Below, in pieces: positions 17,875 through 26,345 of a DNA stretch of 64,000 nt. A program made the position numbers and the translations under genes. Source of the stretch: Bacteroidota bacterium (GTDB taxonomy: Bacteria > Bacteroidota > Bacteroidia > UKL13-3); assembly GCA_030680835.1 (NCBI GenBank), contig JAUXUD010000004.1:32400-96399 (forward strand), read 5' to 3'. Numbering within the stretch: position 1 is the first letter of the stretch; the number at the start of each line of letters is the position of its first letter. The notes under the pieces were generated by a model that saw only the letters and a program-made list of their open reading frames with translations, ran no database searches and was not told the origin of the DNA.

Positions 17875-17905
17875 ATTCCGTCATTTATAATTTTTATAAA
17901 ATCAA

Positions 17906-20035
17906 CTATATTTTTATCCTTGCATCCACGGCAAAAGCGCCATCTTCAAATGCCATCACCGGATTTAAATCCATTTCCTTTATTTGAGGAAAATCATTCA
18001 CCAGTTGAGATATGCGAAGTATCATTTCAATAACACTGTGTTTATCTAGCGCCGCTTCCCCTCTTGCGCCATCTAATAATTTTGCAGCTTTTATTGAAGA
18101 TAACATTTCGTTTGCTTCAACCCGCGTTACCGGAGATAATTTGAAAACCACATCTTTTAATACTTCAATATAAATTCCTCCCATACCAAACATTACAAGC
18201 GGTTCCAGATCTTTTTGAGCACTTACTCCAATAACAAGTTCCTTACCACCGGGAAGAAATTTTTGAACCAAAAACCGGAGGTCCTCCTCTATAAAATCTT
18301 CCTTCATTTTTTCAACGGCATACAAAACTTCATTGTCGTTTTTCAGATTTATGGCTACCCCGCCCAAATCGCTTTTATGCACAAGAGATTTCGATTCAAC
18401 TTTTACAACAACGGGATATCCAATTTCTTTCGCAGCTTTTACAACATCTGCCATAGAGTGGGCCAAACGCCAATCGGCAATGGGAATTCCATAAGCTGAA
18501 AGTAAGGTATATACTTGTTCGCTGCTAAGAAATTCTCCGGTAGATTTTACATTATTTAAAATGGAATCGGCTTTTACTTTATCTATATCATTAAAATGTT
18601 TGGGTTCACCAATATGCCGGTTTTGAACCAAATGGTACCTGTATAATGCGCCAAGCGCTTTGGCAGCAGTGGTAGGGAAGCTGTAACAAGGTACACCGCC
18701 ATCTTTCAGGATTTTGGCAGTCTCCTGAAAACGTTCCAGACTCAGGTTGGTCATGAAATTACAAACGATGGGTTTTTTGTGTTGTTGATTTACTTCAACA
18801 ATACTTCTTGCAACCTCATTGGTGTCGGTAAACGGAGCCGTAACAAAATTGATAAAAACCGAGTCAATCTGTTCTTCATTCATCATCACATCCAGCGCAC
18901 TTCTGAAATGAATTCCGCCTCCGGTTGCAACTACATCAACAGGATTTCCAATGCTTGCTTCGGGCAATAATGTTTGTTGTAAGGTTTGTATTGCTTTTTC
19001 AGAAAGAGCCGGAATCTGCATTCCTGCATGAACCAGTTCATCGGTTGCAATTACAGCAGGTCCGCCTGTATTGGTGATGATGCCCACACGGTTTCCCTTA
19101 GGGATGGGTTGTGTTGAAAAAGCTTTGGCAGCCTGACACATTTCTTCTTCATTGGTGAAAGAAAGGATCCCTGTTTTCTCAAAAATTAATTCAGTTGCAA
19201 TATCAACACCAGCAAGAGAACCTGTATGGGAAGCTGCTGCTTTAGCGCCTTCAGCAGTCCTGCCCGATTTCATGGCAAGTATTGGCTTTTTGCGTGCAAC
19301 CACTTTGGCCACTTTCATAAATTCTCCGGGATCATGAAATCCTTCGGTATAAAGTATAATGGCTTTGGTTGCCTCATCGTTACCATAATAATTTAATACC
19401 TCCGAAATAGAAATATCACATGCATTTCCATTTGAAGCATAGTAACGCATTCCAATTTCCAGGTCGAATAAACTTTGCATGATAAAGGCACCTACACCTC
19501 CACTTAAAGCTACAATTGAGATGGCACCAGGCTCCGGAAAAGTAAATGTAAAATCACAGTATGCTTTATAATCCGGATCGGTATTGATGATACCCTGACA
19601 GTTTGGACCAAATACCCGGATTCCATATTCTTTTGCCTTGTTGAGAAAAGCAGTTTGCAATGCAATGCCTTCTTCCCCCATTTCATTAAATCCGGCTGAA
19701 TTAATGATTACTGATTTAATTCCTTTTTTGCCACAATCTTCAATAATCTGAGGAACAAATTTTGAAGGAATAATGATATGTGCCAAATCAATATCATCAG
19801 GCACATCAAAAATAGTTTGATAGGCCTTGATATCCCTTATGCTGGGTTCTTTAGGATTGATGGGATAAATTTTCCCGGTATAACCATAATGTACCAGGTT
19901 TTTAATAATTACATTTCCGATGGATAATTCTTTTGAGGATGCACCAATTATAGCAATCGATTTTGGCTTAAATAAAGTATCCAGTTCGTGAGAAATGTCA
20001 CTTTCAATCAATACTGATTCTTCCTTATAATTCAT
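17906..20035 (-). CDS. Acyl-CoA synthetase (NDP/ADP-forming), fused alpha+beta domains (CoA-binding, CoA-ligase, ATP-grasp)
   Basis: 709 aa. N-terminal CoA-binding Rossmann region (SIAIIGASSKELSIGNVIIKNL), a succinyl-CoA-synthetase-like flavodoxin domain and a C-terminal ATP-grasp domain. Confidence 0.75.
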   Translation of the reverse strand: MNYKEESVLIESDISHELDTLFKPKSIAIIGASSKELSIGNVIIKNLVHYGYTGKIYPINPKEPSIRDIKAYQTIFDVPDDIDLAHIIIPSKFVPQIIEDCGKKGIKSVIINSAGFNEMGEEGIALQTAFLNKAKEYGIRVFGPNCQGIINTDPDYKAYCDFTFTFPEPGAISIVALSGGVGAFIMQSLFDLEIGMRYYASNGNACDISISEVLNYYGNDEATKAIILYTEGFHDPGEFMKVAKVVARKKPILAMKSGRTAEGAKAAASHTGSLAGVDIATELIFEKTGILSFTNEEEMCQAAKAFSTQPIPKGNRVGIITNTGGPAVIATDELVHAGMQIPALSEKAIQTLQQTLLPEASIGNPVDVVATGGGIHFRSALDVMMNEEQIDSVFINFVTAPFTDTNEVARSIVEVNQQHKKPIVCNFMTNLSLERFQETAKILKDGGVPCYSFPTTAAKALGALYRYHLVQNRHIGEPKHFNDIDKVKADSILNNVKSTGEFLSSEQVYTLLSAYGIPIADWRLAHSMADVVKAAKEIGYPVVVKVESKSLVHKSDLGGVAINLKNDNEVLYAVEKMKEDFIEEDLRFLVQKFLPGGKELVIGVSAQKDLEPLVMFGMGGIYIEVLKDVVFKLSPVTRVEANEMLSSIKAAKLLDGARGEAALDKHSVIEMILRISQLVNDFPQIKEMDLNPVMAFEDGAFAVDARIKI

Positions 20036-20064
20036 AACTCATTTTTTTATTCATATTTTTTTTT

Positions 20065-20152
20065 AAACACATAGGCACATAGATTCACATAGGTTTCACA
20101 TAGTAAAATACCCTATGTGAAACCTATGTTTTCCTATTGTGCCTATGTGTTT
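20065..20152. repeat. 88-bp imperfect palindrome built from CACATAG / CTATGTG units, flanked by ~15 bp direct repeats (aatt(t)cataactcat)
   Basis: aaacacataggcacatag..tcacataggtttcacatag|taaaatac|cctatgtgaaacctatgtt..ctattgtgcctatgtgttt. The direct repeats are at 20028..20042 and 20153..20168. Confidence 0.7.
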
Positions 20153-20184
20153 AATTTCATAACTCATACCTCATAACATAATAT

Positions 20185-21021
20185 TTACACCATCACTGCC
20201 TGTTTTTCTTTCAGTCTGATATGCCTGAATCCTCCCCATAAGGCTGCGCCCAATGCACCTGCGTATATGGCATCCGGGTGGGTTTTAATCACATATTTTT
20301 TCCCGGTTTCCAACAATTGTTCTTCTATTGCCTGGATCATTCCGGTATTCAGCGACATGCCTCCTGTTATGATAATCGGTGATTCCGCCTTTAAGGAACT
20401 CAGCAGTTTTATAATCCGGTTTGCAATGGAAAGATGAATGCCTTTGATAATATTGGGAGTTTTGATACCTCTTGAAACCATGTTAATCACATCGGTTTCA
20501 GCCAGTACTGCGCAAATTCCTGATGACAATTCAGGGGCTTCTGCCTGCAACGAAACGGTTCCTACTTCTTCAATCGACAGTCCAAGATAACGCGAAATAT
20601 TTTCAACAAATTGTCCGGATCCCGAAGCACATTGTCCGGTCATTTTATAATCCTGCACGCGTGCATCTGTTGATATTTTGATGGCCCGTACGTACAAAGC
20701 ACCCATATCCACTACTGTTACGGCATCCGGGAAGAAAAAATTGGCCCCTTTTGCATGGGTTGTCATCCCATAAAAATGTCCGCGTTTGCGCTTCACCAGA
20801 TCGCCTTCACCGGTTGATGCCAGATAAGCAATTTCTTCATATTGAAGATTGTTTCTTTTCAGCATGCTTTGAATTAATTCTTCTGCAACCACTGAAGGAT
20901 TCCGCTTTCTGATTTTTTCAGTATGCTTGTCAACGATCTTCGGATTGTTGGAATAATCTACCAAAATAAGTTTGATAAAATTTGATCCCACATCAATCCC
21001 CATTGTATAAAAGTTTTCCAT
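20185..21021 (-). CDS. bcrD: Benzoyl-CoA reductase-like small ATPase subunit (BcrD/BadG family activase-type ASKHA ATPase)
   Basis: 278 aa. MGIDVGSNFIKLILVD... and TGQCASGSGQFVE (Cys pair for the bridging [4Fe-4S] cluster). Fourth gene of the C-B-A-D order. Confidence 0.65.
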   Translation of the reverse strand: MENFYTMGIDVGSNFIKLILVDYSNNPKIVDKHTEKIRKRNPSVVAEELIQSMLKRNNLQYEEIAYLASTGEGDLVKRKRGHFYGMTTHAKGANFFFPDAVTVVDMGALYVRAIKISTDARVQDYKMTGQCASGSGQFVENISRYLGLSIEEVGTVSLQAEAPELSSGICAVLAETDVINMVSRGIKTPNIIKGIHLSIANRIIKLLSSLKAESPIIITGGMSLNTGMIQAIEEQLLETGKKYVIKTHPDAIYAGALGAALWGGFRHIRLKEKQAVMV

Positions 21022-21103
21022 AATTTTTTAATTCTTACTTCTTAATTCTATTTCATATTGTACATTGTTCTCGACTTAGCTCGGACTGACATGCGGTATA
21101 TCT

Positions 21104-21166
21104 TACATTGTACATTGTACATCGTAATTCGTACATCGTACATCGTAAATCGTACATTGTACATCA
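21104..21166. repeat. Tandem array of 9 copies of the 7-bp unit TACATYG (TACATTG/TACATCG/TAAATCG/TAATTCG), with an additional solo copy at 21061
   Basis: Read directly: tacattg tacattg tacatcg taattcg tacatcg tacatcg taaatcg tacattg tacatca. The array runs into the bcrA-like stop codon. Confidence 0.8.
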
Positions 21167-22579
21167 AGCCATTTCTTTTGTTTTCTTCGCATTGGGTAAA
21201 TCGGCATTTATATTTCTTCTGGCAAACATGGCACCTCCCAGAGCTCCCATAAAAATGGAATCTGTGTGAATATTTATTTTGATATGTTCGCCATAATTTT
21301 CTTTTACCAATTGGGTCAGGTATTTAATAACTGCCTGATTTCTGGCAACACCTCCGGTAAAAGTAAATTCGTTAAACACGCCACCCGAGCGGGCTATCAG
21401 CGACATGGCCCGCATGATGATTGCCTTATGCAAACCTCCCAGTATGTCTTCGCGCCGTTCTCCCAGATTGGTTAATTCACGCAATTCGGCACCTGCAAAA
21501 ACGGTACAGGTAGAGCAAATGGTCACTTCTTTTTCAGCCTGCATGGCCATGGGTCCGAGTTCATTTAATGAAATGCTCAGTTCATCTGCAATATATCCAA
21601 GATATCGTCCGCAACCTGCGGCACAACGGTCGTTCATCTGAAAACTGGTTACCAAACCATACTTATCAACCTGAATTGCTTTTGTGTCTTGTCCACCAAT
21701 ATCCAAAACCGTTCTGGTTTCAGGGAAAATGGCATGGGCTCCAAAGGCATGACATAAAATTTCGGAACGGATACATTCCTGAGGGAAGGGCAGGAGCGCA
21801 CGCCCATAACCAGTACCCGTCATATTGGTAATATTGAATTCAAGTTGGGCTATCTTATGAATATGCTCCCGTAACGAATCACTCACATGATAAAATTTCC
21901 CTTTCAGTAAATTAATTTCAGCATCAAAATTTACGCTTTCATCATCCATGTTTTCAGGAAGGTTTTCATATTTTTCCCTTAACACTTCCATGGCTTTTTG
22001 AACCAGTTCAAAAAAATTGAATTCAACTGCCTGGTTTTCGGCCGGACTGATACTCTTGTCCCAAATGGTCATGAGGGGTTCAAATAAGGAGTTGTCGAGT
22101 TTATTTACTTCTTCATTATACAACTCCGAAACGATGTCTCTGAAAAACTGATTTTTTGAACCCAGGTCGCCAAAAATATAGGCATGTTTTATTTTGGGCT
22201 TAATCACTTTTCTGATGTTTCTCAGGTTCTCCAGCATGAGTTCTCTTTTTTCGCCTGTTAAGTAACTGTTGCAGGTTTTTAATAATTCCTCACCCAGTTT
22301 ATCAATCCGGACCTTGAATTGTTCATATTGAAATACACTTTCCAGATCGGAAATATATTTTCTGTACTCAGGATTTAATTCCATATCTTTTTCAAGAATT
22401 TTCTTGAGTATGGAAAAGCGCGCATTGTAAATGGCTTCTTCCCGGGCGATATCAGCTGCAACAGAATAATTGGCACGGGTGTTGGTAATTCCCCTTCCGA
22501 TAATTTCATCCTGATCGTTTATGATTACCGCCTTTGATGTTGTGGAGCCAAGGTCTACTCCTAAATAATATTTATTCAT
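21164..22579 (-). CDS. bcrA: Benzoyl-CoA reductase-like large ATPase subunit (BcrA/BadF family)
   Basis: 471 aa. YYLGVDLGSTTSKAVII... N-terminus and NDRCAAGCGRYLG cluster-ligand motif. It is larger than a simple HgdC activase and sits in third position. Confidence 0.65.
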   Translation of the reverse strand: MNKYYLGVDLGSTTSKAVIINDQDEIIGRGITNTRANYSVAADIAREEAIYNARFSILKKILEKDMELNPEYRKYISDLESVFQYEQFKVRIDKLGEELLKTCNSYLTGEKRELMLENLRNIRKVIKPKIKHAYIFGDLGSKNQFFRDIVSELYNEEVNKLDNSLFEPLMTIWDKSISPAENQAVEFNFFELVQKAMEVLREKYENLPENMDDESVNFDAEINLLKGKFYHVSDSLREHIHKIAQLEFNITNMTGTGYGRALLPFPQECIRSEILCHAFGAHAIFPETRTVLDIGGQDTKAIQVDKYGLVTSFQMNDRCAAGCGRYLGYIADELSISLNELGPMAMQAEKEVTICSTCTVFAGAELRELTNLGERREDILGGLHKAIIMRAMSLIARSGGVFNEFTFTGGVARNQAVIKYLTQLVKENYGEHIKINIHTDSIFMGALGGAMFARRNINADLPNAKKTKEMA

Positions 22580-22646
22580 TTCTTTAAATAATTTCGTTTA
22601 CATGAATTCAATGTTTTCAATTAAATATTGTGTAAATACAATGTGA

Positions 22647-22665
22647 GGGCAGATGCAATCTGCCC
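22647..22665. promoter_or_regulatory. Intercistronic GC-rich stem-loop (gggcagat-gca-atctgccc) between the bcrB-like and bcrA-like genes
   Basis: 8-bp perfect stem with a 3-nt loop, in an AT-rich 119-bp spacer. Confidence 0.5.
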
Positions 22666-22698
22666 CTACCAGTTGTATCATATAAATTAGTTTTCATG

Positions 22699-24003
22699 TT
22701 ATATTTCAGCTTCTACTTGTTTCATAATTATTTTTCTTTGACCCAACATCTGGAAATAGGATTCCAAACGGTTTTTGATATTGGCATATGAGAAATATCT
22801 GGGATCCACCAAATCCGATTCGATAAATCCCACAGGCACTCCCGAGCGTTGTTCAATTTCGCGCATAATCATCAATTGCCCTGCTGAGAAAGAGTTACAG
22901 CTTTTAATGGAATTAATCAAAAATCCATCAGCCTTATATTCCTCCACGTATTTTTCAAGCAAATCAACCCGTTGCGGTAGGTTTAAATTGGTATACACGC
23001 CCATGCAATATTTTGCCAGACTTTCGAGCGGTGCATTCGGATCATGCCGGAAACCCTGATCGTAAACACCCCCTACTTTGGTATAGGAAGAGGCAACGAT
23101 CACAGCACCCATATCATAAAATATTTTCCAGAATTCACGGAAGTTGGTCCAGTTGGGCGGACCTTCAACAACCAGTCTGAATTTCTCTTCCTTTAGCTCT
23201 CCTTCAGGAGTTATTGGGCCTAAACCCAGTCGCATTCTTTCCTGCACTTCTTTCCATAATTCTGTATAGTATTCAACGGCTTCTTCTGTTCCCCTGAAGG
23301 CAGTGAAAATCGGACCGATATAATATACCCCGGCAAAGTATGCATCAATGGGAGATGGAACATGTTTGGCAGACTCCAGAACTTTAACCAATAAATCTTC
23401 TGCTTTTGCAGAATTTACCAGCATTTTAGAAAGCCGTTCCAGATCGAATTTTTTACCGGATACCATTTCCATTTTTGGAATCACTTCCTCATTCATTTGC
23501 TTCACCATATAATCAACCTGGTCCTGCGAAATTTTTCCATCTTCCTGATAAGGTGTATGCAGCATGGCCACAGGCACTCCGGGGTATAAGCGTTCCAGAT
23601 TCTCGAACCACTTTAAAAAGGTAAAACAACCTGTATAACTGAGCAACAATAAATCGGGGGGTGGAAGCTTTTCTCCTGTTGGACCTATATTGCCATTTAA
23701 CATCATACCGATATCGCATTTCACATAGGTACATACATCTTCCGAATAGCCAATTTTTTCGGCGTCTCTGATATAATCCGCAGATTTTTTTCGCATGCCC
23801 GACTGAAGCGCATTGATTTCGGGATATACCGGTAGCATATCAAAGGAAAGAATCAGCTCGGTGAGGTTACCGGGAACAAACGTATAAACCACTTTTTTAC
23901 CCAATTCCGTGGCGGTACTTAATTCCTTAAATTGTTTGGCCAGCATCTCTTTTTGAATGAGCATGCTGTTTTCTTTGATTGCTTCGTGTTGTTCTTTACT
24001 CAT
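22699..24003 (-). CDS. bcrB: Benzoyl-CoA reductase / 2-hydroxyacyl-CoA dehydratase family large catalytic subunit (BcrB/BadE/HgdA-like)
   Basis: 434 aa. The family-typical N-terminal block (VVYTFVPGNLTELILSFDMLPVYPE) and conserved Cys are present. Second gene of the operon. Confidence 0.65.
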   Translation of the reverse strand: MSKEQHEAIKENSMLIQKEMLAKQFKELSTATELGKKVVYTFVPGNLTELILSFDMLPVYPEINALQSGMRKKSADYIRDAEKIGYSEDVCTYVKCDIGMMLNGNIGPTGEKLPPPDLLLLSYTGCFTFLKWFENLERLYPGVPVAMLHTPYQEDGKISQDQVDYMVKQMNEEVIPKMEMVSGKKFDLERLSKMLVNSAKAEDLLVKVLESAKHVPSPIDAYFAGVYYIGPIFTAFRGTEEAVEYYTELWKEVQERMRLGLGPITPEGELKEEKFRLVVEGPPNWTNFREFWKIFYDMGAVIVASSYTKVGGVYDQGFRHDPNAPLESLAKYCMGVYTNLNLPQRVDLLEKYVEEYKADGFLINSIKSCNSFSAGQLMIMREIEQRSGVPVGFIESDLVDPRYFSYANIKNRLESYFQMLGQRKIIMKQVEAEI

Positions 24004-24047
24004 AATAATATTTTTATCATTTTAAACTTTGCTTTCATGTCAACATA

Positions 24048-24067
24048 GGTCAGGTCGCGACCTGACC
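24048..24067. promoter_or_regulatory. 20-bp perfect palindrome ggtcaggtcgcgacctgacc between the bcrC-like and bcrB-like genes
   Basis: Exact self-complement, in a 90-bp AT-rich spacer. Confidence 0.55.
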
Positions 24068-24093
24068 CTACAATATTCCCATTTCCTTCTTTA

Positions 24094-25257
24094 CTACGCC
24101 CAGAGTTTTATTGAATCAGAAAAAGTTCCTGCCTGTTCTTTAATCACTTTAAACTGCCCGGTGTTTTCATGGAACTGGAAATTGATATGGGGAATTCCGG
24201 CCAGGTCGCATTCTTTTTGCATTTCAGGGCGGTCGAGGAGGGCAGGGTCACAAAAACTTGCTGCACAGAAAATAATTCCATCGGCATCTCTTTCCTTAGA
24301 AAGTTTTACCAAACGTTTCCCTTTGGGATTTCCGACATCATAATATGCAGATGAGAAGGTGCTCTGGTTAATGTATGCATCCGCCAATGCTTCCAATGGG
24401 TTGTCTGTTGTTGCATTGATATCACCCTGTATCCAGCGCGATCCCAGCATAAAATCATCTTCTACGATATAGCAGCCTGCCAGTTCAATTGATTTGATCA
24501 AACCTATCGGAGGCTGTTCGCAGAAGGAACCGCTTACTACAATCCGGATATTATCCATGGGTTCACCTCTCTCATTTTGAAGATGTGAGACTACCTGCTC
24601 CAGAATTTCATTGTGTTCCTCAACCGGAATTACTTGCCCGGCTCTGAGAATATAATAGGTTTCCACTGCAGTAAGTTTCCAGGGTGCAGCTTGTCTGATT
24701 TCGTATATTTTCTCGATCAGGAATCTGTTTTTATTATACAATCCGATGGAATGATTGATGGCTTCAGAGGTAATTTTTATGCCATTAATGGCAAACATAT
24801 CATCTATTACTTTTCCAATTTCCTGCTTATAAAAAGTTCCCCCAATATTTGGATCAAAGTTTTGGGGATAATCAAAATAGCGCTGAAATTTTCCTTTTTT
24901 AGAGAGTTTAAACATTCCGGATAAATTGCGCACGCAGTCGCAAATGGCAGGGAACAGGAACCCATCAAACCCATCGAGATTATTATCCAGTGCCATTTCA
25001 ATAATGCCCCGTGGCAGGTGACATATATAAGATTGGTAATAAGCATCTCCTTTAATAATCTGTTTGCGGTCGCCCGAACCCATGATACCCACTGAAATGC
25101 CATTGGCAGCATGTATAATCTCGCGAGGCACATAAATTGGCAGATAACCTACGATAATCCGCTTTGGGTCCTCCGACTTCCATTGTTTGGCTCTTGAAAA
25201 GTTTAAGTCAAATGCCAGTAACTCGCATTCCTGCAGTATTTCTTCTAAGACTTTCAT
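24094..25257 (-). CDS. bcrC: Benzoyl-CoA reductase / 2-hydroxyacyl-CoA dehydratase family subunit (BcrC/BadD/HgdB-like)
   Basis: 387 aa. IIVGYLPIYVPREIIHAANG N-terminal block typical of the B/D-component family. First gene of the operon, with an AT-rich putative promoter region upstream (25258..25454). Confidence 0.65.
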   Translation of the reverse strand: MKVLEEILQECELLAFDLNFSRAKQWKSEDPKRIIVGYLPIYVPREIIHAANGISVGIMGSGDRKQIIKGDAYYQSYICHLPRGIIEMALDNNLDGFDGFLFPAICDCVRNLSGMFKLSKKGKFQRYFDYPQNFDPNIGGTFYKQEIGKVIDDMFAINGIKITSEAINHSIGLYNKNRFLIEKIYEIRQAAPWKLTAVETYYILRAGQVIPVEEHNEILEQVVSHLQNERGEPMDNIRIVVSGSFCEQPPIGLIKSIELAGCYIVEDDFMLGSRWIQGDINATTDNPLEALADAYINQSTFSSAYYDVGNPKGKRLVKLSKERDADGIIFCAASFCDPALLDRPEMQKECDLAGIPHINFQFHENTGQFKVIKEQAGTFSDSIKLWA

Positions 25258-25454
25258 TAAATTTTATATTTATCTGTTGTTGCTAATTGAGTTCTTATTA
25301 AGCTTAATTTCAAGTTGCTTATAACAAAGTGAGTAGATTTTGAGCAGGTTTAGTTTGATGGACGTCAATATTAAAGATGACTTTTATCATGTAGGTTTTT
25401 AAATTTATAGAATAATGATTTTTTTTAAATGAAATTATCTAAATTGCGAACCGA

Positions 25455-25835
25455 TTGAGAAAACCTGTTTCTATATTAGTCTCCTTACTGATTCTGATTT
25501 ATTCAGGTGGATTTTCTTTGTCGTTTGACAATTGCCTGAACCAGCAAACAATTACCATAGGTGCCCATAATGAAAAGTCATGTTGTGGGGATATACCCTG
25601 CAAGGAGGATTGTTGCAATAAAACCGTTATTGTTCTTAAGAAGTTACAGGATAAATATAATCCCCCATCCCAGATAAATAATTCTTCGGTTCAAAATTTA
25701 ATTGTATTTATATATTCTGAACTTAATTTTTCTGCGGAAAATCATTTAAATCAAGGACCTGCATATTTAACCGACAAGGCCCCACCTGACAGGCAACTAT
25801 CTTTAAATATACTTTACAGAACCTTTCTTATATAA
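25455..25835 (+). CDS. Hypothetical small Cys-rich secreted protein (TTG start)
   Basis: 126 aa with an N-terminal signal-like hydrophobic segment and a SCCGDIPCKEDCC cluster. Only ORF in a 700-bp intergenic region. Weak. Confidence 0.25.
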   Translation: MRKPVSILVSLLILIYSGGFSLSFDNCLNQQTITIGAHNEKSCCGDIPCKEDCCNKTVIVLKKLQDKYNPPSQINNSSVQNLIVFIYSELNFSAENHLNQGPAYLTDKAPPDRQLSLNILYRTFLI

Positions 25836-25974
25836 TTTCATCTTTGAATAAGCATGCTTCTATGTTGTAGAAGTGTATGCTTTTATTTTTGCTGCTATTC
25901 ATTGCAATTGCAGCATTCAGGCCTTATTGTCTGAGTATTTATTCGAATAAAATTTATTATTTAAAAACAAAAAA

Positions 25975-26316
25975 ATGAAAAAATTAATGATCGCTATGAT
26001 TTGCATGTTTGCAATCAGTACAACGCTTATGGCACAATCAACTAAAAAAACTGAAGTTTTTAAGGTTTACGGTAATTGCGAAATGTGTCAGGGGAAAATT
26101 GAAGGAGCTTTAAAAAAGAAAGACGGAATCCTCTCAAAAAGCTGGGATACCGAAACAAAAATGCTTACGGTTTCATATGATACTACAAAAATATCACTCC
26201 TAAAAATTAAGCAATTGATAGCAGATGTGGGATATGATACCGACGAAGTAAGAGCCAAAGCTGAAACCTATAATAAGCTTCATAAATGTTGCCAATACGA
26301 GCGACCTAAAAATTAA
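25975..26316 (+). CDS. Heavy-metal-associated (HMA-like) domain periplasmic metal chaperone
   Basis: Signal peptide, then VYGNCEMCQGKIEGAL (CxxC in an HMA-like beta-alpha-beta-beta-alpha-beta context). It immediately precedes the HME-RND pump. Confidence 0.6.
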   Translation: MKKLMIAMICMFAISTTLMAQSTKKTEVFKVYGNCEMCQGKIEGALKKKDGILSKSWDTETKMLTVSYDTTKISLLKIKQLIADVGYDTDEVRAKAETYNKLHKCCQYERPKN

Positions 26317-26345
26317 ATTTATTATTTTGTTAAAACCTTAGTTAC

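Noticed and set aside
21104-21166. Possible CRISPR array
   Set aside because: The repeat unit is only 7 bp, in direct tandem with no spacers. No cas genes are nearby.
21058-21252. Plus-strand 64-aa ORF MYIVLDLARTDMRYILHCTLYIV...
   Set aside because: Its sequence is just the translation of the TACATYG tandem repeat and the adjacent spacer. It has low-complexity composition and overlaps the bcrA-like 3' end.
20185-25257. Alternative reading of the four-gene operon as a 2-hydroxyglutaryl/phenyllactyl-CoA dehydratase (HgdCAB/FldIBC)
   Set aside because: Those systems have one small homodimeric activator. Here there are two different ATPase subunits (471 and 278 aa) and the C-B-A-D order of class I benzoyl-CoA reductases. 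It is kept open only for the separate orphan 406-aa subunit.
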